A stretch of DNA of 64,000 bases from NCBI GenBank assembly GCA_965214435.1, contig OZ243960.1, forward strand, positions 1,687,330 through 1,751,329. The letters are read 5' to 3'. The stretch is from Rubrobacteraceae bacterium. Its GTDB lineage: Bacteria; Actinomycetota; Rubrobacteria; Rubrobacterales; Rubrobacteraceae. Below, in pieces: positions 47,486 through 57,818 of this stretch. The notes under the pieces were generated by a model that was not told the DNA's origin, ran no database searches, and saw only the letters and a list, made by a program, of their open reading frames with translations. Position 1 is the stretch's first letter, and every line of letters begins with the position of its first letter. The position numbers and the translations under genes were made by a program.

Positions 47486-47959
47486 TTGAACCAGGAAGTC
47501 CTGGACAAAGACGCCCTGACGAGGCTCGCCGCCAGAGTCGCCGCGGTGCTGGAGCCCGGCGACGTGGTCGTGCTCTCCGGCGAGGTCGGGACAGGCAAGA
47601 CGACTTTCGTCCGGGCCGCGGTCCGCTTTCTGGGTGTCGATAAAGAGGTGACAAGCCCGACCTATCAGCTCGCCCGCAGCTACGAGGGTACGGTGAAAGG
47701 CCGTCCGGCTCCGGTAAACCACCTGGACCTCTACCGGCTGGAAGGTCTGGAGGTCGAGGATGCCCTGGACCTTGACGAGTACCTCGACTCCCGGGCGGTA
47801 ACGTTTATAGAGTGGGCCGGACCGGCGCTTGCGCTGGTCGAGTTCCCGACCATACTGGAACTCTTTCACGAGACGCCGAACACCCGCCGGGCTACCCTGA
47901 GCGGACCGGCCGCGGACCGGCTCGCCGGACAAAGCCGCGAACCTTCCGAGAAAGGATGA
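47486..47959 (+). CDS. tsaE: tRNA t6A37 biosynthesis ATPase TsaE
   Basis: LSGEVGTGKTTFVRA and VTSPTYQLARSY. The probable start is the TTG at 47486. The long ORF from 47087 overlaps the UDG gene and is not coding there. Confidence 0.85.
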   Translation: MNQEVLDKDALTRLAARVAAVLEPGDVVVLSGEVGTGKTTFVRAAVRFLGVDKEVTSPTYQLARSYEGTVKGRPAPVNHLDLYRLEGLEVEDALDLDEYLDSRAVTFIEWAGPALALVEFPTILELFHETPNTRRATLSGPAADRLAGQSREPSEKG

Positions 47960-47960
47960 G

Positions 47961-48713
47961 GTGCTCCTTCTAGCCCTCGACGCTTCTACCCCGACCGTTA
48001 CGGTTGCTCTCGCCCGCGCGGAGGACCCGGCACCCGACTCCGGCCGGGAGGTGCTGGCTGAGGTCTCGGTCTCCGGGAACGCCAGCGGCGTCCGGGGCGC
48101 GAGCGGGGCTTCGGAGGTCCTTCTATCTGCTGTCGACTCCGTATTATCGTTCTCCGGCGCCTCCATGGAAGACGTGGAAAGGATCCTGGTCGGGGTCGGA
48201 CCCGGCACCTTTACCGGCATCCGGATAGCCGCGGCGACCGCCCGGGCACTGTCTTTCGGGACCGGGATACCGCTCTCCAGAGGCTCGGCCCTCGATGCCC
48301 TGGCCGCTCCCACGCTGTCCCTCGTCCGCGGCGATAACCCCGGCCGGGACGTGCTGGCCGTCCTCGACGCCCGCCGCAGAGAAGTCTTTGTCCGGCGGTA
48401 CGCGGCTGGCGATGCCAGTAGCAGGGCCGGTGGCGAGACTCGTAGCGTAAGGCCGGAGGAGCTATCCGGGCTGTCCGAGTGGTCCGCCGGTGAACCGCTG
48501 CTGGTTGGGGACGGGGCCGTGCGTTACCGGGAGGTACTCGGGAAGCTCGGCTATATTCCGCCCGACGGTTCGCCGCTGCACCGGGTTGCGGCGTCCGGAC
48601 ACGTGTTATCGGCGGATCTAACCGTCGTGGCGGCGGAGGACCTGACCCCGCTGTACGTCCGTGAGCCCGACGCCGAGGTCCGCCGGGAGTCGAACCCGTG
48701 GAGCCGGTCGTGA
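47961..48713 (+). CDS. tsaB: tRNA t6A37 biosynthesis protein TsaB
   Basis: LLLALDAST and VGVGPGTFTGIRIAAATARAL. GTG start 1 nt after the tsaE stop. Confidence 0.85.
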   Translation: MLLLALDASTPTVTVALARAEDPAPDSGREVLAEVSVSGNASGVRGASGASEVLLSAVDSVLSFSGASMEDVERILVGVGPGTFTGIRIAAATARALSFGTGIPLSRGSALDALAAPTLSLVRGDNPGRDVLAVLDARRREVFVRRYAAGDASSRAGGETRSVRPEELSGLSEWSAGEPLLVGDGAVRYREVLGKLGYIPPDGSPLHRVAASGHVLSADLTVVAAEDLTPLYVREPDAEVRRESNPWSRS

Positions 48714-49147
48714 GGGACGGGGAGCCGGTGGTGCGGTCCATGAGAGAAAAAGATCTCGCGGCGGTCCGCGAGATCGACGCGGCCAGCCTCCAGCGGCCCT
48801 GGACCGAGGGTATCTGGCGGCAGGAGTTGCGGAGCCCGCTCGGCCGTCACCTCGTCGTGGAGGAGGAAGGCGCTATCTCCGGCTACATTGGGATAAAGCA
48901 CGTCGCGAGCGAGTTACACATAACCAACATAGCCGTAAGGCCCGACCGCCGCCGGCAAGGACTGGCGCGGTGTTTGATCTCGGCTTCCTTCGCCGACTTC
49001 CCCGACGCTCGCAACGCCTACCTGGAAGTCCGGCCGTCGAACGCCGCCGCCCGGACGCTCTACGAGTCTCTGGGTTTCGTGACGACCGGCGTCCGGCCCC
49101 GGTACTACGGCGACGAAGACGCCCTGCTCATGACCCTCGACCTCTAG
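48698..49147 (+). CDS. rimI: Ribosomal-protein-alanine N-acetyltransferase RimI
   Basis: GNAT core ITNIAVRPDRRRQGLARCLI and LEVRPSNAAARTLYESLGF. Canonical position between tsaB and tsaD. Confidence 0.8.
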   Translation: MEPVVRDGEPVVRSMREKDLAAVREIDAASLQRPWTEGIWRQELRSPLGRHLVVEEEGAISGYIGIKHVASELHITNIAVRPDRRRQGLARCLISASFADFPDARNAYLEVRPSNAAARTLYESLGFVTTGVRPRYYGDEDALLMTLDL

Positions 49148-49415
49148 GCGGTTCTTCCGGACCACCGTCTCGCGGCTTCTTTCTCTGTCGCTCCCTCTCC
49201 TCCCGCTCTCTTCTGAACCTCTCCCGCCGCCGCTGGAGCGCCTCGCGGTCTTCAAACGGTTTAAGGAGCAGCAGCGCCGGGACGAGGGAGGTAAGAAAGG
49301 ACAGGAAAAGCCCACCGGCGATCAACGGGTCCGCCGCCCCCCGCGAGAGGTAGAGGCCGAACATCACCAGCATGATCAGGGCTATAAACGCGAATAGTAG
49401 GGAGAAAGTCCGCAT
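49128..49415 (-). CDS. Hypothetical small membrane protein
   Basis: 95 aa with two TM helices then an RRRERFRREREERERQRKK tail. Fills the rimI-tsaD gap on the opposite strand and overlaps the rimI end by 20 nt. Confidence 0.4.
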   Translation of the reverse strand: MRTFSLLFAFIALIMLVMFGLYLSRGAADPLIAGGLFLSFLTSLVPALLLLKPFEDREALQRRRERFRREREERERQRKKPRDGGPEEPPRGRGS

Positions 49416-49471
49416 ACCCGGCCAGTATAACCCGCCCGAGACGACCGTCCGTGCGATATAACCCTCTCTGT

Positions 49472-50467
49472 ATGATCCTGGCTATCGAGACTTCTTGTGA
49501 CGATACCTGTGCGGCGGTCGTTTCCGAAAACGGCCGCCGCGCGCTCTCTAACGTCGTGCACACCCAGACCGAGCACAGCCGCTACGGCGGCGTGGTCCCG
49601 GAAGTCGCCTCCCGCGCCCACCTCGAACGTCTCGACGGCGTGGTGGAAGCCGCTCTGGAGAAAGCCGGCATCGGGCTCGAAGACGTGGAAAGCGTCGCCG
49701 TAACCGTAAAGCCGGGCCTTATCGGGGCGCTTTTAGTCGGGGTGTCAGCGGCAAAGGGGCTCGCCTACGCCCGGCGGCTGCCGTTAACGCCCGTGGACCA
49801 CCTCGAAGGCCACGTCGCGGCCGCGTACCTGACGGACCCGGACCTGGAGCCGCCGTTTGTCGCGGGTATCGCCTCCGGGGGGCACACCGAGATCTACGCG
49901 GTAGCCCCAGACTACAGCCTGCGGCTCCTCGGTCGGACCCTCGACGACGCCGCCGGAGAAGCCCTCGACAAGGGCGCCCGGATGCTCGGCCTCGGCTTTC
50001 CCGGCGGACCGGCGATCTCGAAGGCCGCTGCCGCATCCGACGCCGACCCCCAGCGTTACGACTTCCCCGTTGCCCTTAAAAGCCGCGACAACCTGGACTT
50101 CAGTTTCTCCGGCTTGAAGACCAGCCTGCTCTATAAACTCCGGGACTTCGACGAAGAGCGGATCCAGGCCGAGCTGCCGCACCTCGCGGCGAGTTACGAG
50201 ACCGCGGTGGTCGAGGCGCTGGTCCGCAAGCTTCTGCGGGCGGTCGAATTGCAGGAATCGCCCGTCCTCGTCGTAGCCGGAGGTGTCGCAGCGAACGCCC
50301 TTTTGCGCCGCCGCCTAAAAGAAGCCTGTGAGGAGCGCGGTATCCGGCTCGTCGTGCCCGCGCCCGAACTGTGCACCGACAACGCGGCCATGATCGGGGC
50401 CGCCGCCCCACACTCGACGACCGTTCCCTACCCCAATTACCTGAGCCTGAACGCCCGCAGCGTCTGA
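49472..50467 (+). CDS. tsaD: tRNA N6-adenosine threonylcarbamoyltransferase TsaD
   Basis: MILAIETSCDDT, GVVPEVASRAH and GGVAAN. The ATG at 49472 is preferred over the ORF-track start 49451. Confidence 0.95.
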   Translation: MILAIETSCDDTCAAVVSENGRRALSNVVHTQTEHSRYGGVVPEVASRAHLERLDGVVEAALEKAGIGLEDVESVAVTVKPGLIGALLVGVSAAKGLAYARRLPLTPVDHLEGHVAAAYLTDPDLEPPFVAGIASGGHTEIYAVAPDYSLRLLGRTLDDAAGEALDKGARMLGLGFPGGPAISKAAAASDADPQRYDFPVALKSRDNLDFSFSGLKTSLLYKLRDFDEERIQAELPHLAASYETAVVEALVRKLLRAVELQESPVLVVAGGVAANALLRRRLKEACEERGIRLVVPAPELCTDNAAMIGAAAPHSTTVPYPNYLSLNARSV

Positions 50468-50574
50468 AAAACCTTTCCAAGGCTAAAGTTTTTTCGCCAG
50501 CGGCCGATAACTACCCGTAGAGTACATCTATCTCCAGCAAGCTGGAGAGCATTAGGATTGCATAGGGGGGCGGG

Positions 50575-52740
50575 GTGCGATACGTCAACTTTCTAAACAT
50601 CGCGTATGGGCTGTTCTGTCTCGCCGTGCTCGCCGCCCTTTTGAAACTCGCCGTACCGGGTATTGCGGAGCCCTTGAACCTTGCTTCTAAAACCGGTAAC
50701 ACGACCGGAGAAACTACCGCGGAAGTTTCTACAGAGCCCTCCGTAGAGAAGCCAGGTCCGGGAAAGACCGTTAGTCCTCAAACCACCGAAGGCTCCGAAA
50801 ACTTCGTGGAAACCACCGAAGAACGGACCATCGCGGAACGAACCACTGCGGAGCGAACCACCGCAGAGCGAACCACCGCGGAACGGACCGTTACGGAGCG
50901 GATTGCTGAAAAGCCGTCTTCCACCCACCGTCCGGCCATGGTTCCTATTGGTGAGAGCGCACGTAGCGCGCCCGTCGTTGACGAAGCCACATCTGCGGAG
51001 GAAACTGCCGCTGAACAGCGGGAGACTCCGCGAAAATCCTCTGAGGGCTCCTTGCGGAAAGAGCGGGAAAGTGCGGTCCGCAGTACGGTCGGTAGAGCGG
51101 TCCGCATCTCCAAAGAGCGGCGTTCGCCGGCTCTGGTCGGCTTTGAGAAGTTCGAGAAAGAAGCTTCCGCGGTCCGGGTAGAACCGCCGGTCTTCTACCG
51201 GCCGTCCGTCGGGCACTCTCCGGGCGGGAGCGGGGGGATGCCTTCAGACTCCGGCGCGCAGTGTGCGGACCTGAGCGATGTGCCGGGGGACCGGCGGGCG
51301 ATCTTCCCGCTGCCCGCAGCCTACGCGAACTCTTACGATGACACCTGGGGCGCGCCGCGGGTCCAGGGCGGCCACGAAGGCACGGACCTTATGAGCCCGT
51401 CCGGCACCCCGGAGTACGCCATAACCGACGGTACGCTGGTCCCCGTAGCCGGCGCAAATAGCCGCGGCTGGAACTCTTTAGGTGGCTACACGGTGATGCT
51501 CCGCGCCGACTACGATGTAGGACCCATCCGCAAGGGCGACCTGTTCTACTACGCCCACATGAACGAGAAGGAATCGCTGCCCCTCGGCACCCGCGTCCGG
51601 GCCGGACAGCGGATCGGGGTCGCCGGAGACACCGGCCAGGGGCCGGAGATCACGCGCGGCCTTTTCCCCTCTCACCTGCACCTCGGCTGGTACGATACCA
51701 GCGGCGCCCGCACCAACCTGCCCTCCGGAGCCATGAACCCCTACCCGCTCTTGGAGTGGCTAAAGAGCAACGGCGGCGTCGTCTCCGGCGGCACCGACAC
51801 CCGCTACTGCGAAGCCCCCCAGAAACCCGCCCCCACTCCCTCGACCGGCGATAGAGACTGGCGGCTGCCCTCTTCTCCCGGCATAACCCCGGACCTCAAG
51901 ACCGGTACCGGCAAGCCCCGGCCGAGCCCCGTGGTCTCCAGCCGAACTCCGGCCACCGACTCTCGCGCCGAAAACCCCCGCCCGGGGAACCCTCGCCCGG
52001 GGGACACCCGCTCCGCAGAGCGGCCCACGGCCCTCCGCAACCCGAACATATCCCGGAGCGTCACCGGTGAGCTACAACGGCCGTCGCCGCAGAATCCTGG
52101 TGCCCGGAGACCTGAAGCCGGCGCAACCCATGCCCCGAAAAACGGCGACCAGTCACCAAACCAGCAAACCGGAGAAAGGAGGCCCGGAAAAGATCCGGAG
52201 AACCGGGCCGCCGACCGAACAGCAGATCGTCCCCAGACACCGGCAAACCAGAACGGCTTGAAACCCGGCCCCGCCCGGTCAGCGCCCGCCCGGCCGAAGG
52301 AGCAGAAAGGGGCCGCAGAAAAACCCGGATCGGACCGCGAAAGGGCGGTAACCGTCGACAACTCGCCCGTCACCGACGAGGTGCGAGACGCCGCAGAACG
52401 CCGCAACCGGGAACCGGAGGAGCAGAAATTAGAGCAACAGAGACCGGAGAGTACCGGCCCATCCGGGAAACGTAGTCCTGCCCGCGGTGACGGCGAGAAG
52501 ACCAGCGAACACAGAGCCGGAGGCCGAACCAGCGACCGCGACCCGGAAAACCCGCCGGCGGCCGGCGGCTCTACCAAAGAGAAAACCCTCGGAGATACCT
52601 CGGCCAACGAGTCCCGGAACGGAAAGACCGCCAGAGGTTCTGTTCGCTCAGACGACCAGTACCGGCACGCGGAAAAACCTGAAACGTCTCGTACTGAAGC
52701 GGACAAGGCTCGCGAGACAACCGGGCCTGATGACCGGTAG
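50575..52740 (+). CDS. M23 family metallopeptidase with N-terminal anchor, pentapeptide repeats and a long disordered C-terminal tail
   Basis: M23 core HEGTDLM...YYAHM...GDTG...SHLHLGWY. The final ~320 aa are Pro/Arg/Glu/Gly-rich low complexity. GTG start. Confidence 0.8.
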   Translation: MRYVNFLNIAYGLFCLAVLAALLKLAVPGIAEPLNLASKTGNTTGETTAEVSTEPSVEKPGPGKTVSPQTTEGSENFVETTEERTIAERTTAERTTAERTTAERTVTERIAEKPSSTHRPAMVPIGESARSAPVVDEATSAEETAAEQRETPRKSSEGSLRKERESAVRSTVGRAVRISKERRSPALVGFEKFEKEASAVRVEPPVFYRPSVGHSPGGSGGMPSDSGAQCADLSDVPGDRRAIFPLPAAYANSYDDTWGAPRVQGGHEGTDLMSPSGTPEYAITDGTLVPVAGANSRGWNSLGGYTVMLRADYDVGPIRKGDLFYYAHMNEKESLPLGTRVRAGQRIGVAGDTGQGPEITRGLFPSHLHLGWYDTSGARTNLPSGAMNPYPLLEWLKSNGGVVSGGTDTRYCEAPQKPAPTPSTGDRDWRLPSSPGITPDLKTGTGKPRPSPVVSSRTPATDSRAENPRPGNPRPGDTRSAERPTALRNPNISRSVTGELQRPSPQNPGARRPEAGATHAPKNGDQSPNQQTGERRPGKDPENRAADRTADRPQTPANQNGLKPGPARSAPARPKEQKGAAEKPGSDRERAVTVDNSPVTDEVRDAAERRNREPEEQKLEQQRPESTGPSGKRSPARGDGEKTSEHRAGGRTSDRDPENPPAAGGSTKEKTLGDTSANESRNGKTARGSVRSDDQYRHAEKPETSRTEADKARETTGPDDR
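50821..50910 (+). repeat. Six tandem 15-nt units encoding ER(T/I)xx pentapeptides inside the M23 gene
   Basis: Units are gaacggaccatcgcg, gaacgaaccactgcg, gagcgaaccaccgca, gagcgaaccaccgcg, gaacggaccgttacg and gagcggattgctgaa. They encode ERTIA ERTTA ERTTA ERTTA ERTVT ERIAE. Confidence 0.9.
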
Positions 52741-52802
52741 GGCGGCTCTCCTGCGGTAAGAAGTCTCCGCCGGAGTCGCAACCTCCAGACTAACTCTCCT
52801 GA

Positions 52803-53075
52803 CTACTGATTCCGGTTCTTCATGTCCTCTAGTTTCCGCTCACGTTCCTTACCGGTCAGGACTTCGCTGTGGGCGCAGGAGATGCAAGTCGCGTGCAGGT
52901 TCCGCGCGTGCTCTTTTACGTAAACGAGCACTACCCTTTTTGGGACCCGGTACAGGATATGCTCGGTAGAAAGCCCGCAGTTCTCGCAGCAGCGTTCTTC
53001 CCGGCCGACCTCTTTGGGCAGCCGGCTCAGCGTTGGGATTCTCTCCGGTCGGAAGACTTTCATAGACTCGCTCAT
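52803..53075 (-). CDS. Hypothetical zinc-ribbon protein
   Basis: Cys pairs CCENCG and CISCAH. The ATG at 53075 is preferred because the longer ORF (to 53123) would run through the groEL promoter and CIRCE. Confidence 0.45.
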   Translation of the reverse strand: MSESMKVFRPERIPTLSRLPKEVGREERCCENCGLSTEHILYRVPKRVVLVYVKEHARNLHATCISCAHSEVLTGKERERKLEDMKNRNQ

Positions 53076-53078
53076 GGT

Positions 53079-53107
53079 TTGAATTTTACCGCAGCGAAGA
53101 CTATACT
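53079..53107 (+). promoter_or_regulatory. Candidate groEL promoter
   Basis: TTGAAT-N17-TATACT, located 5 nt upstream of the CIRCE element. Confidence 0.55.
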
Positions 53108-53112
53108 TCTCG

Positions 53113-53139
53113 CTGGCACTCACCTTAGTAGAGTGCCGA
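53113..53139. promoter_or_regulatory. CIRCE (HrcA operator) inverted repeat
   Basis: CTGGCACTC-N9-GAGTGCCGA compared with the consensus TTAGCACTC-N9-GAGTGCTAA: 7/9 per arm with exact N9 spacing. Lies 53 nt upstream of groEL. Confidence 0.75.
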
Positions 53140-53161
53140 CGGCTTTACCGCCGTCGAGTAG

Positions 53162-54814
<1,653 letters not shown>

Positions 54815-54838
54815 GGATCTCTCAATAGAGAGATTCCC

Positions 54839-54871
54839 GGTAGCGCCTCCAAATAGGGGCGCTACCTTTTT
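54839..54871 (+). terminator. Intrinsic terminator of groEL
   Basis: GGTAGCGCC-N10-GGCGCTACC followed by TTTTT. Confidence 0.8.
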
Positions 54872-54989
54872 GCTCTTTTCGTATCTTCGCCGGTGTAGAA
54901 GGTGTAAGATGTTCGGTAGGTGCAGAGAGGTGAGGGCCGAGTAACCCTAGGATCGACGTGCCGAGTCGGATATCGGGGGAGGTGAGAGC

Positions 54990-55070
54990 ATGGGGACTAG
55001 AAACATAATAACCATAGTGGTAATAGTAATCGTCGTTATTATCATACTTTCGCTACTAGGATTTCTCTAA
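54990..55070 (+). CDS. Candidate 26-aa hydrophobic mini-protein (not in the ORF track)
   Basis: GGAGG at 54978-82, 7 nt before the ATG. Encodes MGTRNIITIVVIVIVVIIILSLLGFL then TAA. AT-rich codons in a GC-rich genome. A terminator follows. Confidence 0.45.
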   Translation: MGTRNIITIVVIVIVVIIILSLLGFL

Positions 55071-55157
55071 ACTCCGCGTCGGTGCCAGCCGGTTACCTCC
55101 TCTAGGTGACGAGTAAAGCGTACCTGGAAACCACAGCAACCGGGGGACGAATGGTGA

Positions 55158-55186
55158 CCCACGGCCTAACAAGCCGTGGGTTTTAT
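55158..55186 (+). terminator. Intrinsic terminator downstream of the mini-ORF
   Basis: CCCACGGC-N7-GCCGTGGG followed by TTTTAT. Confidence 0.65.
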
Positions 55187-55351
55187 GTATCTGGCGTGTA
55201 TCGTTCGGGCGGATGGCTTCTTTTCGTAAGCTGGTTTTGCTAACATAACGCCTGAAAGGGATATGTTTGTCTTCGGAGCAGGGGAAGCTCTAGGTGAAGG
55301 CAAGAGACTAGGGTTGGTTTCGGCTCTCTAGGAACGTCTTAAGGAGGCGGT

Positions 55352-56410
55352 ATGAAAGCAGCGAGACTCTACGAGTATAACGAGCACATAGGCACCGAGC
55401 CGCTAAAGCTGGAGAGTGTCGAGGAGCCGGGGGTCACTGGTCCCTTTGACGTTATCGTCCGCATCGGCGGGGCGGGACTGTGCCGGACGGACCTGCACGT
55501 CATCGAGGGTCAGTGGGCTCCCCTGACTGGTATACAGCTACCCTATACTCCGGGTCACGAGAACGCCGGGTGGGTCCATGAGGTGGGTGCCGCGGTCTCC
55601 AACGTGACGGTCGGCGACGCGGTGATCGTGCACCCGCTCGTAACTTGCGGGCTGTGCCGGGCTTGCCGGGCCGGGGACGATATGCACTGCGAGAACTCCG
55701 CATTTCCCGGCATCGACTCCAACGGCGGCTTTGCCGAGCTTCTAAAGACCAACGCCCGGGCGGTAGTAAAGTTGCCTGAGGGTGTAGAGCCGCAAGACGT
55801 GGCCGCCCACGCCGACGCGGGCCTTACCGCCTACCACGCGGTAAAAAAGGCCGTGCCGATGCTCCACCCCGGCACCCGGACGGTGGTCATCGGGGCCGGA
55901 GGTCTCGGGCACATCGGCATCCAGTCCCTGAACGCGTTGTGCGCCACCGAAATTATCGTGGTGGACCGCTCCGAAGAGGCGCTGGAAGCCGCAAAGCGTA
56001 TCGGGGCGGATCAGACCGTGCAGGCCGACGGCTCCCACATAGACAAAGTCCTCCAGATGACCGATGGGCAGGGGGCAGAGGTTGTCTTGGACTTTGTCGG
56101 GGAGCAGGGGGCGCAGGCCGACGCGTGGAACATGACCCGCGAGGCTGGCTCGCACTTCGTGATCGGCTACGGTAGCGCGGTCGAGGTGCAGACCATAGAC
56201 ATCATTTCGACCGAGCGGAACATCATCGGCAACCTGGTCGGCACTTACAACGACCTGGCGGAGCTTATGGTGCTCCAGGCACAGGGCAAGGTCAGTTTGC
56301 AGACCCACACCTACTCCTTAGATGCTTTGAACGAAGCGGTGGACGACCTGAACAACGGGCGGATACCGGGCGGCCGGGGAATCTTGATCCCGGAGGGTGC
56401 CGCTGCCTGA
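55352..56410 (+). CDS. Zinc-dependent alcohol dehydrogenase (MDR family)
   Basis: GLCRTDLH, GHENAG, structural-zinc cysteines CGLCRACRAGDDMHC, and NAD fold VIGAGGLGH. Confidence 0.9.
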   Translation: MKAARLYEYNEHIGTEPLKLESVEEPGVTGPFDVIVRIGGAGLCRTDLHVIEGQWAPLTGIQLPYTPGHENAGWVHEVGAAVSNVTVGDAVIVHPLVTCGLCRACRAGDDMHCENSAFPGIDSNGGFAELLKTNARAVVKLPEGVEPQDVAAHADAGLTAYHAVKKAVPMLHPGTRTVVIGAGGLGHIGIQSLNALCATEIIVVDRSEEALEAAKRIGADQTVQADGSHIDKVLQMTDGQGAEVVLDFVGEQGAQADAWNMTREAGSHFVIGYGSAVEVQTIDIISTERNIIGNLVGTYNDLAELMVLQAQGKVSLQTHTYSLDALNEAVDDLNNGRIPGGRGILIPEGAAA

Positions 56411-56551
56411 CGGATGCCGGTAGCCCGATACAACGATAGGCGTAATTTTGCGGCTAACCTGCAAAACGTCTCTCTTTGTGGCTTGACCCCTACGGGTAAC
56501 AAGGGGTAGCATAAGCTGACGTTGCGCGAGCTGGAAGAAAACTATGGTCGA

Positions 56552-56579
56552 AAGCCCACGGACTTCAGTCCGTGGGCTT
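56552..56579 (+). other. Strong GC-rich hairpin in the guaB3 leader / adh 3' region
   Basis: AAGCCCACGGAC...GTCCGTGGGCTT is a near-perfect 12-13 bp stem, and the tail CGTCGTAT is not U-rich. Preceded by candidate promoter TTGACC-N18-TAGCAT (56483-56512). Confidence 0.45.
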
Positions 56580-56649
56580 CGTCGTATAAACCGCTTTGGT
56601 AGAGACGGCGCTCTCAGAGAACCGTGATGTGAAAGGATTTTGAGGCTTT

Positions 56650-57807
56650 ATGGACATTGAGATCGGCCGTGGAAAAACGGCGCGCCGGGCGTATGGACTA
56701 GACGAGATCGCCATAGTCCCGAGCCGGCGGACCCGGGACCCCGAAGACGTGGACATCTCCTGGCGTCTCGGGGACCTGTACTTGGACCTGCCGTGTCTGG
56801 CGAGCGCGCTCGACTCCGCGGTTGATCCGGCGGTCGCGGGGAAGTTCGGGCAGCTAGGCGGACTCGCGGTCTTGAACCTCGAAGGTCTACAGACCAGGTA
56901 CGAGGACCCAGAGCCCGTCTTCGAGGAGATAGCCAGCCTGCCGGAGCACAAGGCGACCCGGCTCATGCAGGAAATCTACGAGGAGCCTATCAAGGAAGAG
57001 TTGATCTTCCGCCGCGTCCAGGAGATTAAAGACCGCGGTGTCCTCGCCGCCGCCTCCCTCACACCCCAGCGCGTCGAGCGCTACCACCAGGCCGCCATAG
57101 AAGCCGGCCTCGACGTCCTCGTGGTCCAGGGTACGGTCGTCTCCGCCGAGCACGTCTCAAAGACCGTAGAGCCCTTGAACCTTATAGAGTTCATCCCGTC
57201 ACTGAACGTTCCCGTCGTGGTCGGCGGGTGCGCGAGCTACTCGACAGCACTTCACCTCATGCGTACCGGAGCCGTCGGGGTGCTCGTTGGGGTCGGGCCG
57301 GGCCGAATATGTACAACCCGTGGAGTCATAGGTGTCGGGGTGCCCCAGGCGACCGCGATAGCTGACGCTGCAGCCGCCCGGATGCGCCACTACTTCGAGA
57401 CCGGCGACTACGTGAACGTGATAGCCGACGGTGGCATGCGGACCGGCGGCGACGTTGCGAAGGCCATAGCCTGCGGAGCGGACGCCGTAATGCTCGGTAG
57501 CGCGTTCTCCAAAGCCGAGGAAGCACCGGGACGCGGTTACTCGTGGGGAATGGCGACCTTCCACCCGACGCTGCCGCGCGGTACCCGCATAAAAACCAAG
57601 TCTTCCGGCACTTTGGAGGAGATACTGGTCGGCCCCGCCCGCGAGAACGACGGCACGCTCAACCTCATGGGCGCGCTCCAGATGAGCATGGCGACCACCG
57701 GCTACCAGAACATAAGGGAATTCCAGAAAGCGGAGATCATGTACGCCCCGTCCTTGAATACCGAGGGCAAGGCTGAGCAACGCTCTCAAGGCGTGGGGAT
57801 GGGTTAG
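56650..57807 (+). CDS. guaB3: GuaB3-family IMP dehydrogenase-related protein (no CBS insert)
   Basis: [41 protein letters not shown] and [15 protein letters not shown]. About 385 aa with no CBS pair. Confidence 0.85.
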   Translation: MDIEIGRGKTARRAYGLDEIAIVPSRRTRDPEDVDISWRLGDLYLDLPCLASALDSAVDPAVAGKFGQLGGLAVLNLEGLQTRYEDPEPVFEEIASLPEHKATRLMQEIYEEPIKEELIFRRVQEIKDRGVLAAASLTPQRVERYHQAAIEAGLDVLVVQGTVVSAEHVSKTVEPLNLIEFIPSLNVPVVVGGCASYSTALHLMRTGAVGVLVGVGPGRICTTRGVIGVGVPQATAIADAAAARMRHYFETGDYVNVIADGGMRTGGDVAKAIACGADAVMLGSAFSKAEEAPGRGYSWGMATFHPTLPRGTRIKTKSSGTLEEILVGPARENDGTLNLMGALQMSMATTGYQNIREFQKAEIMYAPSLNTEGKAEQRSQGVGMG

Positions 57808-57818
57808 GAGGTAACCAG

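Noticed and set aside
50468-50574. Possible ydaO/c-di-AMP riboswitch upstream of the M23 cell-wall hydrolase.
   Set aside because: The spacer is too short (about 107 nt) and lacks the conserved ACGGGGA / CCCGAAUCC-type blocks. It contains only a small CTCCAGC-AA-GCTGGAG hairpin.
56575-56649. CGUCGUAUAAACC upstream of guaB3, considered as a possible purine riboswitch J1/2 (UAUAA).
   Set aside because: The conserved loops (GAUAUGG, GUUUCUACC, CCGUAAA) are absent.
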